Program-made: the position numbers and the translations under genes
Assembly: GCA_000175855.1 (NCBI GenBank)
Contig: ACYB01000042.1
Span: 120,001-152,000, forward strand
Direction of reading: 5' to 3'
From: Raphidiopsis brookii D9
Lineage (GTDB): Bacteria; Cyanobacteriota; Cyanobacteriia; Cyanobacteriales; Nostocaceae
DNA length: 32,000 bases
The notes under the pieces: model-generated
Databases searched by the model: none
The model's input: the letters and a program-made list of their open reading frames with translations, nothing else
Told to the model about the DNA's origin: nothing
Part shown: piece by piece, positions 9,981 to 18,465 of the stretch
Layout of the letters: every line of letters starts with the position of its first letter
Position numbering within the stretch: position 1 is the stretch's first letter

Positions 9981-10325
9981 CTAGTTTATTTCCTCAATTT
10001 TGTGGTCATCTATGTTATCCCACTCCTCCTCGCTCAGCTCTTCATAGAGTAAATCTAGACCTATTAACACCCTCTCCCGATCAGACAGATCTCCAATTAT
10101 CTTGCGCACTGGCGGTGGTAAAATCTTTGACAGTGTGGGTGTGGCTAGAATTTTATCTTCCTCTGCTAATTGTGGATTTTTGAGAACGTCTATTACTTTT
10201 AAAGCATAGACTCCTTGAAATTCTTTCTCTAATATGTTTTTTAATGTGTTTAATGCTCTCACAGAGTTGGGCGTGTTACCAGCTACATATAGCTTTAATA
10301 CATAGGTCTTTTTGATTTTATTCAT
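9981..10325 (-). CDS. kaiB: Circadian clock protein KaiB
   Basis: Reads [29 protein letters not shown]...[36 protein letters not shown]. The track start at 10349 is TTG; the ATG at 10325 gives [11 protein letters not shown]. Confidence 0.95.
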   Translation of the reverse strand: MNKIKKTYVLKLYVAGNTPNSVRALNTLKNILEKEFQGVYALKVIDVLKNPQLAEEDKILATPTLSKILPPPVRKIIGDLSDRERVLIGLDLLYEELSEEEWDNIDDHKIEEIN

Positions 10326-10357
10326 CAGTTTATAGCTTAGATGTGACAAGAGTTCAC

Positions 10358-10669
10358 TTAATTTATTTTAGAAGTTGAACATCGATAAACCTCACACAAA
10401 TTGGCTAGTACATCGATGAGTGTTAGTCTGTAGTCTAGCAAGGTTTCATCACTCCTCCCCTCTAATTTTAGCTGTTTAGAAAATTCGTCAATCAGCTCCA
10501 TGTGAATTTCTATAACCTGAGGCACGGGAATATTAGCACAAAACAGGGTACTGATAAACTGATCAATTTTTGTTTTCAAATTCTCGTCCACACTGAAATA
10601 GTTGAGCAAAATCTTCCCGTAATCCAACTTTAGCTTTTTTAATATTTCTTGTCTTTCTCCATCGGTCAT
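10358..10669 (-). CDS. kaiA: Short-form KaiA (C-terminal KaiC-binding domain only, no N-terminal pseudo-receiver domain)
   Basis: 103-aa ATG ORF immediately upstream of kaiB. It carries the KaiA C-domain signature ...[25 protein letters not shown]...[13 protein letters not shown]. The length matches the ~100-aa KaiA known from Anabaena/Nostoc. Confidence 0.9.
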   Translation of the reverse strand: MTDGERQEILKKLKLDYGKILLNYFSVDENLKTKIDQFISTLFCANIPVPQVIEIHMELIDEFSKQLKLEGRSDETLLDYRLTLIDVLANLCEVYRCSTSKIN

Positions 10670-11265
10670 GTCTTGAAACTGTTGATTTGTGTGTGAGTTT
10701 TCACAAGCCAGAACAAGTGTGTAACCTTCTTTTTGATCAAGACCTAAGTATCTTTTTCTTTAATATAACTTAGTAAGTAAGTATTAGGTAGTTCTAATCC
10801 TGATATATTCTTGACAAAGAGATTACTAGTAAATACGCTTATAAATGAATCAGGCGCTAGACTTATAAGAGTGTTGATTAGATTATAATAGTGTGTAAAC
10901 AGACTATGAAGGAATTTTTCCAGTGCAGGATATAGGGATAATATAACTAATATCATTTATGTTAGTTTACTTGTATATTTGGTTAATATGGAGATAACCA
11001 TAGCCGCACTTTTCTCCCAAATGAAATCGCCAGCTCATACTCACTAAGATTACCACACTGATAAGATAAATAAACAAAATTGAAGTATTGTCTCAATATT
11101 AATCATTATAATTCCTCAAGGTTCTAAAACCAATATTTGGAGTAATAATTGTTTTAGCCATGACCGTTGCTGACGCAGTTCCTATGACATTGATGTGTTG
11201 GCAGTCAGTGACCCGGTCAAAGTGCGTGTGGATAATAACTACAGCAAAAAAGACCCCCAAGGCTT

Positions 11266-14200
11266 ATGTTAATGCTAGAATGCCCACTTTATGATTTTCT
11301 GGCAACTGTACCTACTTGCTCCGAAACAACTACTCTAGCAGTGGTTATGGAAATTTTTGCCAAGGAGCAGTGTGACCGTTTAGTGGTGCTGAATTCCCAA
11401 CATTCTCCCCTGGGAATGTTGTCCACCACTAAATTAATGGGTAAATTGTTGACCACTGGTGAAAAAACACTTTTAAATTTGGAACAACCTATCTCTAGCT
11501 GCCATTCTAATCTTATTTCTCCACTAGAGACTATTGTAGCATCCGCTTCCCTGAATAAACTGGGCCTGTTGTTACGCTATCCAAAACATCAAAAGAACTC
11601 AAGTTTAGACTGGGCCTTAATTGACTCAGATGGGAAATTTTTGGGTTTACTTGACAGTAAACGCCTATTAGCTTTTTTTACTAGCCATAGCAAGGTTGTT
11701 AGGGAAGACAATGCTCCCCAGAAAAATGATGATATCCAGAGGAAAACAACTCGCCCCTGGCAAAGAAATCCTTTTGTTCAATTGTTAGAGCGATTACCTT
11801 GGCCCTTGATGTTGCAAACTGGAAATGGTGAGATCCTGACTAAAAATCCTGCTTGGTGGGAACAATTGGGAGTTTTGAAAGATCCTGAAGGAATTAGAAT
11901 GCAGGTGGAAAGCATCTTAACAGCGGTTAAAATGCAAGTTCCACAACCCATTCATAATCATACCCATACCAGTGAATATGTAAAATCTAGTCTCTCCATA
12001 GAAAAATCTTTAGAAACAAATAAACTTAATTTAAAACATACACAAGATTATCAACCAGATAATTCCCCCAATTACTGCTATCTAGACTCTCAACAAGGTA
12101 CTTGTATCTGTGTGGTAGAAGTGCAGAATGGCCAGGAACGAATTTGGCAGTTTGCTAAAATCCCCCTAGATGGTCGAGAACTGAAAATCTGGGGTCCGGA
12201 ATCACAATTGACACTAACAAAGGAAAATTCACAACTTTTAACCAAGGACCTATGGTTAGTCTTGGCCACAGATGTGACTGAACAACAACAACTTTTTAAG
12301 GAATTGGCTGCTAAGAATGCGGATCTAATTCAACTTAACCGGTTAAAAGACGAATTCCTAGCTTGTATTAGCCATGAGTTAAAAACCCCCCTAACAGCAG
12401 TTTTGGGTTTATCAAGACTTTTAGTGGATAAGAATTTAGGAGAATTAAACGAACGACAAGCTCGGTATGCAGGACTCATTCATCAAAGTGGTCGTCATTT
12501 GATGAGTGTGGTGAATGATATTTTAGATTTGACACGCATGGAAACTGGACAGATGGAACTCACTCCATCCCCAGTACGAATTCAGGAAGTGTGCGATCGC
12601 GCCTTAACAGAAGCCAGAGCAGTACATACTCAAACAGGAAGAAAGGGTGAGTCATTGCCCAGTCATGAATTTAGCTTGACCATTGAACCGGGATTAAAAG
12701 AAATAGTGGCGGATGAACTAAGGTTAAGACAAATGTTAGTACATCTACTGGGCAATGCTTTCAAATTCACGGAAAGTTTTGGGAAAGTGGGACTGCGAGT
12801 AAATAGATGGGAAGGATGGATTGCTTTTACAGTATGGGATACGGGAATTGGTATTCCTGACCACCAACAACATTTAATCTTCCAAAAATTCCAACAGTTA
12901 GAAAACCCCCTAAATCGCCAGTTTGAGGGTACTGGGTTAGGATTAGTCCTCACCCGGGCATTGGCCAGATTACACGGGGGAGATGTAAGTTTTTTATCTC
13001 GTGAAGGCAAAGGTAGTCAATTTACCTTATTATTGCCACCCTCCCCGCCAAAAACAAGTTTTACAGACACATCGGGGGGAAATGGGGAAACACCCCAATT
13101 AATATCTTCCCAGCGTTTAATTTTGATTGTGGAAGCAGTCAGTAGATATATAGAGGAAATCACCCAACATCTGAAAAGTTTGGGATATCGGGTAGTAATT
13201 GCTCGTTCTGGAACTGAAGCGCTAGAAAAAGCAAGACGATTACAACCGAAAACTATATTTTTAAATCCTCTACTACCCCTGCTTTCTGGTTGGGACGTGC
13301 TAACTCTGCTAAAGTCAGACAGTGCGACTCGACACATTCCCGTAATTATTACGGCTACAGGTGCAGAAAAAGAACAGGCTTACTTAAATAGAGCGGATGA
13401 TTTTTTGAGTTTACCAGTGGAATATTCAGCTATGGTTCCCATAGTAGAAAGATGGTGTATGGTGGCAAAATCAGAAAAGATAGATTCCCCGTCGGAGGAA
13501 CCCTTACCCACACAAAAAACCTTAAAAATCCTTAGACTAGTTAGTGCAGAATCGGAGTCCAATCCCCATCCCTCTTTAACAGAGCATCGGGTAATAGAAG
13601 TGGATGATTTAGAACAGGCGGAAATTTTGGCCAGGGTATGGCAATTTGATGTGATTTTGTTAGATACTAATAATGTCAATGCCCAAAAGTATTTACAGCA
13701 GTTATCTCAATATCCCAGATTGGCCAAAATACCTCTAGTTACCTGTGATGCGGCCACCACCTTAGCAGCATCTCAAATACCTGGTTTAGGAGTGTTTCCC
13801 TGCTTGACACCTATGGGCAAAGAAACAATACATAGTAATAATTTAGATCATTTAGTTTCCGTATTGGAAATTGCCTCTGGTATTGGTTGTCCGCCAAATA
13901 TATTAGTAGTGGATATAACCATGTTAAGTGATTTGCCTGATGTGAACATTAAACACGCTCATAGTAGACTAAGTAATATTCGGAAACCAGACTCTACCCA
14001 ATATTCTTTGAAGGATATGATGCAGTCACAGAAGGTTGTGGCAAAGCAAAACTCTACAAATAAGAGTCAATCAGGTGGAGAATGGTTCCAAGCACTGATT
14101 CAATATTTACAAACTGCAGGTTTTAAGGCGGGGATAGGTAATTGTTGGCGGGAGTTAGTGCAACAAATCATTCACCAGAGTGTTGATTTGATATTACTCT

Positions 14201-14436
14201 GTATTGGAGAAGCTGCAGCAAGTCAGGAAATAGAAAATGTATTAAATTCCCTTGCAAATTTCCAGGTGAAGTTACCTCCGATTTTGGTGCTTGATAAAAG
14301 GACAAGTCATATTAACGTGAATTTATTGGGAGGGTTGGGCAACCTGAATCGGGGTGTTACTACTCAGCTATTACCTCGTTCTATTTCTATGGAAGATTTA
14401 TTATCCGAGATTAATCAGGCCTTGGAAAAAGAATGA
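11266..14436 (+). CDS. Multidomain sensor histidine kinase: CBS-like pair + PAS-like region + HisKA/HATPase core + three degenerate (pseudo-)receiver-like modules
   Basis: 1056-aa ORF. H-box FLACISHELKTPLTAV. N-box LLGNAFKFT. G1 DTGIGIP. G2 GTGLGLVLTRALARLHGG. Receiver-like module 1 has N (nt 13264-13266) where the phospho-Asp is expected (KTIFLNPLLPLLSGWD), EA for the acidic pair and S for the conserved Lys. Modules 2 (FDVILLD) and 3 (VDLILLC) are also degenerate. Confidence 0.85.
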   Translation: MLMLECPLYDFLATVPTCSETTTLAVVMEIFAKEQCDRLVVLNSQHSPLGMLSTTKLMGKLLTTGEKTLLNLEQPISSCHSNLISPLETIVASASLNKLGLLLRYPKHQKNSSLDWALIDSDGKFLGLLDSKRLLAFFTSHSKVVREDNAPQKNDDIQRKTTRPWQRNPFVQLLERLPWPLMLQTGNGEILTKNPAWWEQLGVLKDPEGIRMQVESILTAVKMQVPQPIHNHTHTSEYVKSSLSIEKSLETNKLNLKHTQDYQPDNSPNYCYLDSQQGTCICVVEVQNGQERIWQFAKIPLDGRELKIWGPESQLTLTKENSQLLTKDLWLVLATDVTEQQQLFKELAAKNADLIQLNRLKDEFLACISHELKTPLTAVLGLSRLLVDKNLGELNERQARYAGLIHQSGRHLMSVVNDILDLTRMETGQMELTPSPVRIQEVCDRALTEARAVHTQTGRKGESLPSHEFSLTIEPGLKEIVADELRLRQMLVHLLGNAFKFTESFGKVGLRVNRWEGWIAFTVWDTGIGIPDHQQHLIFQKFQQLENPLNRQFEGTGLGLVLTRALARLHGGDVSFLSREGKGSQFTLLLPPSPPKTSFTDTSGGNGETPQLISSQRLILIVEAVSRYIEEITQHLKSLGYRVVIARSGTEALEKARRLQPKTIFLNPLLPLLSGWDVLTLLKSDSATRHIPVIITATGAEKEQAYLNRADDFLSLPVEYSAMVPIVERWCMVAKSEKIDSPSEEPLPTQKTLKILRLVSAESESNPHPSLTEHRVIEVDDLEQAEILARVWQFDVILLDTNNVNAQKYLQQLSQYPRLAKIPLVTCDAATTLAASQIPGLGVFPCLTPMGKETIHSNNLDHLVSVLEIASGIGCPPNILVVDITMLSDLPDVNIKHAHSRLSNIRKPDSTQYSLKDMMQSQKVVAKQNSTNKSQSGGEWFQALIQYLQTAGFKAGIGNCWRELVQQIIHQSVDLILLCIGEAAASQEIENVLNSLANFQVKLPPILVLDKRTSHINVNLLGGLGNLNRGVTTQLLPRSISMEDLLSEINQALEKE

Positions 14437-16244
14437 CTCTTTTTTATGGGTGGTAAAGGTAGACGAATCAGATGGTAGACACCTTTTTTAGCAATGGGTT
14501 TATAGTTTTCTAGTGGTAAACTCATGGTCACGAATTCTTGCTGTTCCAATAAAAGCAGTAAGGAGTGTGAATTTTTAGTAGTGACACTTTGGGTGTGAAT
14601 GTAATCCAACGCCTCTTGTGCATCCTTAAGATAGGTGACTGCTTTTCGGGAATAAAAACTTACGGTTGGTTTTCGAAAACCTACCATGACTAATTCCTCA
14701 TGGGGTTTTATTTCAGACACAGCAAGTGCAGATAGCTGTCTTAAAGGAGCTTGACGTTGTTCATCCATCATAAATAATGCGGGTATAAGTACAAGTGCTA
14801 GAAATATTACAAATGCTAGAATATTGATAGCAAGAACTGTTTTATAACTACGAATTAAGTTTAAACAGGCAACCGCAATAGCTGCAATCAACCAAATCCA
14901 CCCTCCCAGGTTAGTTAAACCTGAATGTTGTAGTTGTTGATAAAATTCAGGAGCAGCTGAATCTGTACCTAAAAGTTGTAAAACATGAAGTAGGGCGATC
15001 GCAATGGTTAATAGAAAGGCAACATTTGCCCAACTGCTGAGACGAAAAGATTTATCAGTTGGTTTATGAGTAAATAAGTCACTACTAAACAAACCTATAA
15101 GAATACCCGCAGCTGGCATAAGGGGTAATACATAACTAGGAAGTTTTGTGGTAGCAATGGTGAAGAAGATAAATACACCTAGGAACCAAAAACAGGCAAA
15201 CAAACCCAAGTGTTGAGAACGTTCTTGTGATATGATATGGGAGCGCCAGGGGTTCTGCCAAAATTTCCACCCCATGAATTTGATTAAAGCTGCTGGGAGA
15301 AATACAGAGTAGGGTAGAAAACCAAATAACACCACTAGGAAATAAAAATACCAAGGAGCTGAATGACCGTTGACCACCTCTGTGAAACGTTCTATGTTGT
15401 GATAACCAAAGAAGGTATTAATAAAGTTCCATCCATTACGCCAGGTTACTAAAATATACCAAGGGGCATTAATGATTAGAACAATGAATATACCAAGAAC
15501 TGGTTGAGCTTCTTGCCATAGCTGTTTAAACTTGCCCAGATATAAAGCAAAGGCAATGAGAATGAGTCCGGGGAGAACTATACCTACGGGTCCTTTGGTG
15601 AGAACCGCTGCACCCATTAAAATATAACTGGTGACATACCATGGATTAGGCCAGCGGGAGGGGTGAGAATTCTGAGCATAACCCACAAAAAAACTGAGTA
15701 AAGAACAAGCAATACCACCAGTGAGTAGCATATCTGAAACCCCTACCCTCCCCCAAACAATCATTTCTGGGTTGAGAGCTATCATACCCGATGTCAGGGT
15801 AGCTATGAAATAACGACGAGGAAGGTTATTTGTTTGGTCTAATCGGTCTTTTTCAGTGAAGTGCCACTGCACCACATAAAAAGCCATAATCGTGACCGCA
15901 ATAGCAGCTAAGGCTGAGGGTAGGCGTACAGCCCATTCATTGACACCCATAATCTTATAAGCGATCGCCTGGAACCAATAAATTAAAGCTGGCTTATCAA
16001 ACCGTGTTTGACCATCGAAAAAAGGTGTGATCCAATCTCCGGTGATTAACATCTGTCGGGATGCTTCAGCAAACAATGGCTCAGTTTCATCTATTAGTCC
16101 CACACTTCCTAGATTCCATATAAACGCAATAAAATTAATTCCTAACAACCAGATTAGGGTAAAAGTTTTTATTAATATGGAATTATCTCTCATGTTTTGA
16201 AACCAATCCCTTATAGGAGATAAGTTAATTAATCTCAGTATCAT
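14415..16244 (-). CDS. Glycosyltransferase family 39 (ArnT / PMT_2-like) polytopic membrane protein
   Basis: 609-aa ORF. The N-terminal loop LIDETEPLFAEASRQML...FDKPALIYWFQAIAYKIMGVNEWAVRLPSAL is characteristic of ArnT-like GT-C enzymes. More than 10 predicted TM helices. The 3' end overlaps the kinase gene by 22 nt. Confidence 0.85.
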   Translation of the reverse strand: MILRLINLSPIRDWFQNMRDNSILIKTFTLIWLLGINFIAFIWNLGSVGLIDETEPLFAEASRQMLITGDWITPFFDGQTRFDKPALIYWFQAIAYKIMGVNEWAVRLPSALAAIAVTIMAFYVVQWHFTEKDRLDQTNNLPRRYFIATLTSGMIALNPEMIVWGRVGVSDMLLTGGIACSLLSFFVGYAQNSHPSRWPNPWYVTSYILMGAAVLTKGPVGIVLPGLILIAFALYLGKFKQLWQEAQPVLGIFIVLIINAPWYILVTWRNGWNFINTFFGYHNIERFTEVVNGHSAPWYFYFLVVLFGFLPYSVFLPAALIKFMGWKFWQNPWRSHIISQERSQHLGLFACFWFLGVFIFFTIATTKLPSYVLPLMPAAGILIGLFSSDLFTHKPTDKSFRLSSWANVAFLLTIAIALLHVLQLLGTDSAAPEFYQQLQHSGLTNLGGWIWLIAAIAVACLNLIRSYKTVLAINILAFVIFLALVLIPALFMMDEQRQAPLRQLSALAVSEIKPHEELVMVGFRKPTVSFYSRKAVTYLKDAQEALDYIHTQSVTTKNSHSLLLLLEQQEFVTMSLPLENYKPIAKKGVYHLIRLPLPPIKKSHSFSKA

Positions 16245-16303
16245 AAATTCAGAACCCGCAAATACAAACTAAAGACGAATTGAGATATTGGAGCAAAACA
16301 CGT

Positions 16304-16327
16304 AATTAAGCAATTAAGCAATTAAGG
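16304..16327. repeat. Tandem octamer AATTAAGC x3 (last copy AATTAAGG)
   Basis: Read directly: gtAATTAAGCAATTAAGCAATTAAGGgac. It overlaps the TAA stop (16322-16324, minus strand) of the restored lipoprotein reading frame. Confidence 0.9.
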
Positions 16328-16878
16328 GACAAGTGTTAATTGCCATTCTCCAGTTTTGGGATCCCATAATGGACCAGAGGTTTCCCCCACAATATACGGT
16401 CCCCAATAACGTCGTGAGCCATCTTGAGCAAAAGCTACTAAAATATCCCCTTTTCCAGTTTTAAACTACCTTCTGGTAAGGACAATATTAAACCTCCCTG
16501 ACTACCTTCCTGGGGAGCAAAGTCCCAATGAGCAGGAATTAAACCTTTTTTCCCTGAAGAGGAGGATGGGGAATGTCGTAACAACAAGGCTAAACGAATT
16601 GGTTGATATGTCTTATTACTGATGCGTAAGTTGCCAAATTTGCTCTTCTCCAGTGTCCGGTTACTAGTTATTTTAGGTTCAACCCGCTGCAACTGGGGAC
16701 TTGGTGTAGCTGTATGATTTTCCAAAAATGGTGATTTCTCTGGTGCTTGCGACATACTATCGGAGGGTTGGGAATCAAAGGACACAGTGAGTCCTAAACA
16801 TCCCCCCAGTAGCCCTAGCATAGCTAATGTAAAAGTTATAACTGTAAATTTAAGCTGTCCTGGGGATTTGAGAATCAT
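16322..16878 (-). pseudogene. Putative lipoprotein (conserved hypothetical) with its frame broken by 1 nt at the C4/G4 run 16447-16450
   Basis: Signal peptide with a lipobox (LAMLGLLGGC). The track ORF stops at 16438 after ...LKLEKGIF*. The -1 frame continues for 41 codons with protein-like sequence: DILVAFAQDGSRRYWGPYIVGETSGPLWDPKTGEWQLTLVP*. Confidence 0.6.
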
Positions 16879-16959
16879 AGTTTTCAGTAATAGTTTGCGA
16901 ATAGTAGTTAGACATTAGATAATTAATTCTTGTCCCATTTCATTCATCCCCCAATCTAT

Positions 16960-17292
16960 ATGCAGAATACTCGTCTTAACAATTTGTTAGATACCATTGC
17001 CACAAATGTGGCACAATGGTTCGTTAACCCTTGGCGACGATTATGTCTGTTGTTGATTAGTTGGCTATTTGGTTTTTTTTTGGGATCAGTAGTTTCCACC
17101 ACCGCAGGACAACAAGCTCAACTGGATATATGGGCCGCTGCTGTCTTGGTTTTACTGACGGAAGTTGCCAGCAGATTGTTCTATAGTCGTGGTTTTTTTT
17201 CTCAACGAGCCATTTGGGTCGAATCCCTCAATTGGCTCAAGATTGGTTTAATATATAGTCTGTTTTTAGAGGCCTTCAAATTGGGTTCCTAG
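16960..17292 (+). CDS. Ycf20-like membrane protein (DUF565)
   Basis: The track ORF begins at TTG 16930; the ATG at 16960 gives MQNTRLNNLLDT.... Two TM helices and the C-terminal LKIGLIYSLFLEAFKLGS are typical of the Ycf20 family. Confidence 0.72.
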   Translation: MQNTRLNNLLDTIATNVAQWFVNPWRRLCLLLISWLFGFFLGSVVSTTAGQQAQLDIWAAAVLVLLTEVASRLFYSRGFFSQRAIWVESLNWLKIGLIYSLFLEAFKLGS

Positions 17293-17331
17293 GGTAGAAA
17301 GTTGTTTTCAGTAAGTTCGTGAGTATCAGTT

Positions 17332-18411
17332 ATGAGCAACACTTGGCTCAGTCAGGTCTCACTGGCAAGTTTACTTGCGGGTGAAAGGGGAGATTGGCAG
17401 GTATTAGCACAAGAAGCTAGGGAATGGGAAGCTGGGGCAAAGCTATTTGGCATTACCCCTGAGAATGTAAATCAGGTTATGGAAGAGCGATTATCTCTTC
17501 TTAGGTGTGTTTTTCCGGATTTTAAGCAACTGTGCGAAAATAACCTGCAAGTACCCACCCAAACCATGTTACAGGCATTATGGGAGTTATGGCTACCCCT
17601 GGGGGCAAAAATTGCCTCAAGCAGAAAAAGTTTAGGGAGGGCTATGATTCAGGGGATTTTAGGTCCCCAGGGCACGGGTAAAACCACAATGTGCCAGATT
17701 CTCAACCTGGTTCTCCGACACTTGGGATACTCGAGTTTAAGTCTATCATTGGATGATTTGTATAAAACTCACAACGATCGCCTGAAGTTAAGAGAGCAAG
17801 ACCCCCGATTAATTTGGCGAGGTCCACCAGGAACCCATGATATTCACCTAGGTTTAGGTCTACTGGATCAGATTCTCCAAAACAAGTTTCCGGTGACAGT
17901 TCCCCGCTTTGATAAATCAGCCCTTTTTGGAATGGGCGATCGCACTACCCCAGAAATAATAGATCAAGTTGATATAGTGTTATTTGAAGGTTGGTTTGTG
18001 GGAGTGTTACCCATTGATCCAGAAATATTTACTAATGCACCACCACCGATTATCACTCCGGAAGATCAGGCTTTTGCCCGTGATAGGAACCAGCAGTTAG
18101 CAGATTATGTACCTCTGTGGCAAAAACTAGATAGTTTAATAATACTTAAACCAACTGATTACAGATTTTCTTTAAAGTGGCGTAAAGAAGCAGAACATAA
18201 AATGATTGCTGGGGGTTTTTCAGGTATGAACGATGCACAAATAGAAGAATTTGTCAAGTATTTTTGGCGATCATTACACCCGGAATTATTTATGGAACCC
18301 CTAATAAAAACATCCCCAAAATCATTGCCAGTAGATTTGGTAATAGAAGTTAAGGAGGATCATTCATTAAGTTACGGTGGAGGACTAAACCATCTTCCAT
18401 TTCCAGAATAG
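17332..18411 (+). CDS. P-loop kinase of the plant/cyanobacterial D-glycerate 3-kinase (GLYK) type
   Basis: P-loop GPQGTGKTT, then LSLDDLYKTHNDRLKL...WRGPPGTHD and FEGWFVG. These match the GLYK pattern known from Arabidopsis GLYK and Nostoc homologues. Confidence 0.68.
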   Translation: MSNTWLSQVSLASLLAGERGDWQVLAQEAREWEAGAKLFGITPENVNQVMEERLSLLRCVFPDFKQLCENNLQVPTQTMLQALWELWLPLGAKIASSRKSLGRAMIQGILGPQGTGKTTMCQILNLVLRHLGYSSLSLSLDDLYKTHNDRLKLREQDPRLIWRGPPGTHDIHLGLGLLDQILQNKFPVTVPRFDKSALFGMGDRTTPEIIDQVDIVLFEGWFVGVLPIDPEIFTNAPPPIITPEDQAFARDRNQQLADYVPLWQKLDSLIILKPTDYRFSLKWRKEAEHKMIAGGFSGMNDAQIEEFVKYFWRSLHPELFMEPLIKTSPKSLPVDLVIEVKEDHSLSYGGGLNHLPFPE

Positions 18412-18465
18412 GATTATGCATGGATAACCAATAGAAATGTAGATTTATAACAAATCTTCCGAAAA

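Noticed and set aside
9090-10052. Long antisense ORFs inside kaiC (9090..9476 and 9516..10052). Similar antisense ORFs lie inside the PTS gene, the S4 gene (5416..5883), the kinase (12663..13679), cydA and pdxA.
   Set aside because: Each lies opposite a strongly supported conserved gene. Their translations are S/R/P/C-rich shadow-frame sequence with no motifs.
10744-10956. 70-aa minus-strand ORF in the kaiA upstream spacer
   Set aside because: The translation (LINTLISL..., NLFVKNISG...) is low-complexity and AT-codon-driven. There is no Shine-Dalgarno sequence and no recognisable family. It most likely arises by chance from the AT-rich non-coding DNA.
11160-11294. 44-codon plus-strand ORF (MTVADAVPMTLMCWQSV...) just upstream of, and overlapping, the kinase start; considered as a frameshifted N-terminal extension of the kinase
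   Set aside because: The kinase frame has an in-frame stop at 11236-11238, and its N-terminus already begins with a CBS-like motif. The small ORF has an odd composition (rich in W and C) and no domain resemblance. No homopolymer correction yields a sensible fusion.
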